DNA from: a virus
Lineage: Duplodnaviria > Heunggongvirae > Uroviricota > Caudoviricetes
Reading direction: 5' to 3' (one strand)
Virus record (IMG/VR): IMGVR_UViG_3300046500_000231
Span: 1 to 10,069 of that record
DNA length: 10,069 nucleotides
Positions within the stretch are counted from its first letter, which is position 1. Every line of letters starts with the position of its first letter. Positions 7,265 to 10,069 of the stretch are shown here, piece after piece. Under the pieces are notes generated by a model. The model was given only the letters and a program-made list of their open reading frames with translations, did not search any database and was not told where the DNA came from. The translations under genes and the position numbers were made by a program.

Positions 7265-7273
7265 ACAATACCA
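7265..7273 (-). promoter_or_regulatory. Putative extended -10 element (TG-G-TATTGT) upstream of MCP
   Basis: Shares TGGTAT with the MTP promoter candidate; no convincing -35. Confidence 0.35.
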
Positions 7274-7292
7274 TAAATCGGCGCGTTTTACC

Positions 7293-7308
7293 AGTCAGTT
7301 CTGACTGT
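7293..7308. promoter_or_regulatory. Palindromic motif, copy 4 (AGTCAGTTCTGACTGT), upstream of MCP
   Basis: Exact 16-bp copy; arms extend to CAGTCAG/CTGACTG. Confidence 0.85.
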
Positions 7309-7327
7309 CTACCTAGGCCCAAAACAC

Positions 7328-8251
7328 TCAGCCATTGAGCTGAATATTCAGCCCTTTCAGCCCCGAGGCGATGCGCGAAAGACCCTTCGTTTCGGGCTCT
7401 GCGCGCGTGTTGCCGGCTTGCTTGCCTGCAGCTACGGGCGAGGCCGATCCGGCGCCGGGCTTGACCTTGCTCTTGAGCAGGAAGTCCTTCTCCGGGTCCG
7501 CTTCGACGATCTTCTTGAGCGCCTCGTCAAAGGCGACCGAGTTGCCCGAAGCATCCACGATCGGCGTGCGGTTGGCCGCACCCTTGGGCTTGTCATAACC
7601 CACGAGTTTGCCCTCGACCAGCTCGAAGTGCTCGCCGTAGATCACGCGTGCCTTGGCCGGCGTCAACGCCAGTTCGTTGCTGATGAACTGCGAGGTCGAG
7701 AACTGCGCGCCGACCGTGAGTTCATTGATCTGACCATCGCGCGCGACCAGTTGGCCTTGCAACTCGGCGATCTTGTCCTCGAGCGACTTCTTTTCCGTCG
7801 CGTGCTCGCCGGCCATGCGTTCCTTCAGACGACTCCATTCGCCCTTCGCTTCGAGCGCGGCCGTTTCCGCGTCGCTCTTTTCCTTGAGCAGCGCGCGCAC
7901 CGCTTCCGGGTCGATGCCGTCGAACTTCTTCAGTTGCTCACGGGCCGCCTCGAGTGCCTGATTGGCTTCATCGAGCTTGCCCTTTTTCTGCATCACTTCC
8001 TTGAGCAGCTTCGCTTCTTCGTCGGTCGGCTTGCGATCGCCGTTGGGGTCGCCCTTCTTGGCGGCTTCGGCAGCGGCAGCCTCTTCGGCTTTCTTCGTTT
8101 CCGCTTCTGCAGCCGCGGCCTTGGCGGCAGCTTCTTGTTCAGCCAGTGCCGCTGCGATCTTGTCGGCGCCACCGCCGGATTTCGAGCCTTCGTCGCCCGC
8201 CGCGTCCATGTAGCGTTGGGAGATCAGCATCTTGCGCAGGAGTGCGTTCAT
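7328..8251 (-). CDS. Capsid scaffolding protein, 307 aa
   Basis: Glu/Lys/Ala-rich coiled-coil protein with C-terminal 'KKIVEADPEKDFLLKSK.KPGAGS'. Between portal and MCP. SD AAAGGAAG. Confidence 0.85.
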   Translation of the reverse strand: MNALLRKMLISQRYMDAAGDEGSKSGGGADKIAAALAEQEAAAKAAAAEAETKKAEEAAAAEAAKKGDPNGDRKPTDEEAKLLKEVMQKKGKLDEANQALEAAREQLKKFDGIDPEAVRALLKEKSDAETAALEAKGEWSRLKERMAGEHATEKKSLEDKIAELQGQLVARDGQINELTVGAQFSTSQFISNELALTPAKARVIYGEHFELVEGKLVGYDKPKGAANRTPIVDASGNSVAFDEALKKIVEADPEKDFLLKSKVKPGAGSASPVAAGKQAGNTRAEPETKGLSRIASGLKGLNIQLNG

Positions 8252-8296
8252 GTTTCGTTTCTTCCTTTCGGCCAGTCTCTAGGCCAGTTGATAAGC

Positions 8297-8324
8297 AAAA
8301 AGCCGCTCGGTTCGCTTGAGCGGC
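8297..8324 (-). terminator. Rho-independent terminator after the portal gene
   Basis: GCCGCUC-N9-GAGCGGC-UUUUU on the minus strand, starting 7 nt after the portal stop. Confidence 0.75.
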
Positions 8325-8331
8325 GGGTGGG

Positions 8332-9969
8332 TTAGCCTTCCGACTGCGTTTTGAGGGACGCTTGCCCCACGGCGCGGTCGGAGAGTTTTTGGGTCTGTTG
8401 GGCCGCGGTGTTGTTCGGGTCCAGCAGCGGATCGATCGGCGGCCAGTCCTTCAGATCCGCCAGCATCTTGTCCTTCAGATCCTTCGCCAGTTGCGGGAAC
8501 AGCTTGTCGATGACCGCCTTCATCTGCTCCTGACGCATCGAGTCTGGGGCTTCGATGAGCATGAGCCGAGCGGCGATATCGAACTCGTCGTAGAGCCCGC
8601 GCGTGTCGAAGTTATCCGGGTAGGTCACCAGTGCGTCGGAACTTTGCTCGACCGTCTCGCCGTTCCAGAGTGCGACGAGCCGGGCGATCTTGTTCTCGAT
8701 CACCTGCAACGAATCGGCCTTGGCTGCCAACAGAGCGTTCACTCGCTCGAAGTCGTAGGCCTTGGCAACGCCGGATGAGTTGTCGATCCCAAGCGAGTTG
8801 TCCTGTTTGGTTCGCTCGCCTGCAAGACCGCACGTGTGGTAAATCTCGTTGATGATCTTGTGGATCACGTCGAGAATCATTTGGGCCTGTTTGGGGTCCG
8901 GTGAGAGATAGGACGGCGCACTACCGCCCTCCCCGTCATAGAGAAAGACACGTTTGGTGCCCATCTCCAGCATCTTGGTGTAGTCATCCTCGCCGGGCAG
9001 CAAGTTCTGCGCGGGCATGGCCAACTGCGAGAAAGTCTGATCCTGGATGATCGCGTCCAGGTTCGAGAGGTAGTTCGCCACCGCCCGGTCGAGGTAGGCG
9101 ATATCGTCGATCATCGACGGCGCCACATACAGCTCATCCGAGATCACGTGGTCAGCCAGCACCACCGGCACTTCGCCCAGGTTGTGGATGCCCGCGCCGA
9201 TACGCACCACCTTCTGCTTTTTGCCCTTGCCCTGAAGCTCGAACAGTTGCCAGTCCGTCTTCGTCCAGAGGCGAAAGCGCTGGCGAATCTCGCCCGAGGA
9301 GTTGAGCGGGTCGCTGTCGTCGCGTGCCGACTCCTGCAGGAGCGCCCAGTTCAGGCCGCCGGTGTCGTCGTAGGAATAGTCGAGCAATTGGTCGGGGCCG
9401 ACGATGTAGGCGTAGGTCTGCACGCCCAGCGCCTTCTCTTCGGCGCGGTTGGCTGGCGCCTTCGCCGCCGGCGGGTTGTCGACCACGATCGCGATGCGGC
9501 CCGCGCGCGAGGTGCGGCTCGCAATCTGGCGCGAGAGGTCGCCAATCGACAGGCCGTTGCGCGTGGCCTTCTTCCAGAACTGCTTGACCGACTCCGGGGC
9601 GTCGTCCACGTTGCGGGTGATCGCCTGCTTGAAGAGATATTTCGTCAGCAGATCGACGACTTCCTTGGTGTGGTTAAAGCGATACGCGCGCGAGAGGCGG
9701 TCGGAAAACTCCCGGTCGCCTTCCTTGATGTAGCGAAACACGTTGTCGTCGAACCACTCGCGGCCGCCCTCATAGGTTGCCTCGATGAATTGCCAGTGGT
9801 TGATGGTCTTCTCATATTCCGGGTGACGGCGCGAGACCAGCGCGCGCAGCTTCTTCTGCTCGTCGTCCACGGGCGTGAGACCCATCGCTTGCGCGCTGTC
9901 CACGTCTTTCGGATCGAGGACGGCTTGCTCGCCGGTCTGGAATTGTTTGGTGTTGAGAGCGAATGACAT
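8332..9969 (-). CDS. Portal protein (SPP1 gp6-like), 545 aa
   Basis: Size, position between terminase and scaffold, and motifs 'RHPEYE...W.F...Y.GG', 'NHTKEVVD', 'SSGVAKAYDF' and 'V.YPDNFD'. Confidence 0.92.
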   Translation of the reverse strand: MSFALNTKQFQTGEQAVLDPKDVDSAQAMGLTPVDDEQKKLRALVSRRHPEYEKTINHWQFIEATYEGGREWFDDNVFRYIKEGDREFSDRLSRAYRFNHTKEVVDLLTKYLFKQAITRNVDDAPESVKQFWKKATRNGLSIGDLSRQIASRTSRAGRIAIVVDNPPAAKAPANRAEEKALGVQTYAYIVGPDQLLDYSYDDTGGLNWALLQESARDDSDPLNSSGEIRQRFRLWTKTDWQLFELQGKGKKQKVVRIGAGIHNLGEVPVVLADHVISDELYVAPSMIDDIAYLDRAVANYLSNLDAIIQDQTFSQLAMPAQNLLPGEDDYTKMLEMGTKRVFLYDGEGGSAPSYLSPDPKQAQMILDVIHKIINEIYHTCGLAGERTKQDNSLGIDNSSGVAKAYDFERVNALLAAKADSLQVIENKIARLVALWNGETVEQSSDALVTYPDNFDTRGLYDEFDIAARLMLIEAPDSMRQEQMKAVIDKLFPQLAKDLKDKMLADLKDWPPIDPLLDPNNTAAQQTQKLSDRAVGQASLKTQSEG

Positions 9970-9976
9970 AGGTTGG

Positions 9977-10005
9977 ATTATTAGTCAGTTCTGACTGTTT
10001 CGCAA
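9977..10005 (-). promoter_or_regulatory. Putative sigma70 promoter for the portal gene (TTGCGA-N17-AATAAT), probably leaderless
   Basis: -35 at 10005-10000, -10 at 9982-9977, 7 nt from the -10 to ATG 9969, no SD visible. Confidence 0.55.
9983..9998. promoter_or_regulatory. Palindromic motif, copy 5 (AGTCAGTTCTGACTGT), upstream of portal
   Basis: Exact 16-bp copy occupying 16 of the 17 nt of the promoter spacer. Confidence 0.85.
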
Positions 10006-10006
10006 G

Positions 10007-10069
10007 TTAAACGGAAAGCCCGCCCAATTGCAGACGGCGAACCGGGAATTCGAGGTCGATGCAGTAGCC
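10007..10069 (-). CDS. C-terminal 20 aa of an upstream gene, probably terminase large subunit
   Basis: Reads GYCIDLEFPVRRLQLGGLSV* with TAA at 10009-10007. Fits the tail after the H.xDA..Y nuclease motif and the usual terL-portal order. Too short for a firm call. Confidence 0.55.
   Translation of the reverse strand, partial: GYCIDLEFPVRRLQLGGLSV

Larger units (their letters stand above)
7226..7325 (-). other. Structured intergenic RNA: 15-bp closing stem around 70 nt containing two hairpins
   Basis: GUUUUGGGCCUAGGU (7325-7311) pairs with ACCUAGGCCCGAAAC (7240-7226). The one non-Watson-Crick pair is G-U on the transcribed strand. Confidence 0.65.

Noticed and set aside
2360-8282. CTAG tetramers seen only in intergenic DNA (2360, 3020, 7235, 7313, 8279)
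   Set aside because: CTAG is generally rare and disfavoured in high-GC coding frames. Two copies are the arms of the long stem and one is part of an SD, so there is no independent signal. Coding DNA was scanned only by eye.
7192-8332. Absence of a prohead protease gene
   Set aside because: A separate scaffold plus MCP without protease is the ordinary P22/SPP1-type assembly route.
63-9966. Many long plus-strand ORFs (for example 5287..6222, 6437..7258, 7418..8335, 9148..9966, 1017..1646)
   Set aside because: They lie antisense to well-supported phage genes, are Arg/Ala/Gly/His-rich without recognisable motifs or RBSs, and are expected from strong GC3 bias.
2410-9998. Motif interpreted as a CRISPR repeat, matS, dif or REP
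   Set aside because: Spacing is irregular (about 0.6-3.3 kb) with whole genes in between, so not an array. Arm order GTCA..TGAC is the reverse of matS (GTGAC-N3-GTCAC). No XerC/D arms. Too short for REP.
1-10069. tRNA, rRNA, IS elements, integrase or att sites, defence or cargo genes
   Set aside because: None visible. The window is almost fully tiled by structural genes, and intergenic gaps are under about 135 nt.

Overview
A single minus-strand operon encoding the head-neck-tail module of a long non-contractile-tailed (siphovirus-type) phage, prophage or phage-plasmid in GC-rich DNA. Transcribed order (right to left): probable terminase large subunit C-terminus, portal, scaffolding protein, major capsid protein (MCP), HeH/Rho-N-like small protein, two-domain head-tail adaptor, gp7/MuF-like hypothetical protein, head closure, tail terminator, HK97-gp10-like neck protein, major tail protein (MTP), tail assembly chaperone (TAC) with a G-GGA-AAC -1 frameshift extension, and the 5' 547 codons of the tape measure protein, which the ORF track misses. 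From memory, gene order and several protein motifs resemble SSU5/pHCM2-type phage-plasmids; this needs a search to confirm. The most striking non-coding signal is a palindrome, AGTCA-N4-TGACT, found five times and always between genes. One copy fills the spacer of an apparently leaderless portal promoter and the other four bracket the MCP and MTP genes. A 15-bp long-range RNA stem and several internal terminators or hairpins add to an apparent regulatory layer on the late operon. The many plus-strand ORFs are shadows of high-GC coding sequence.
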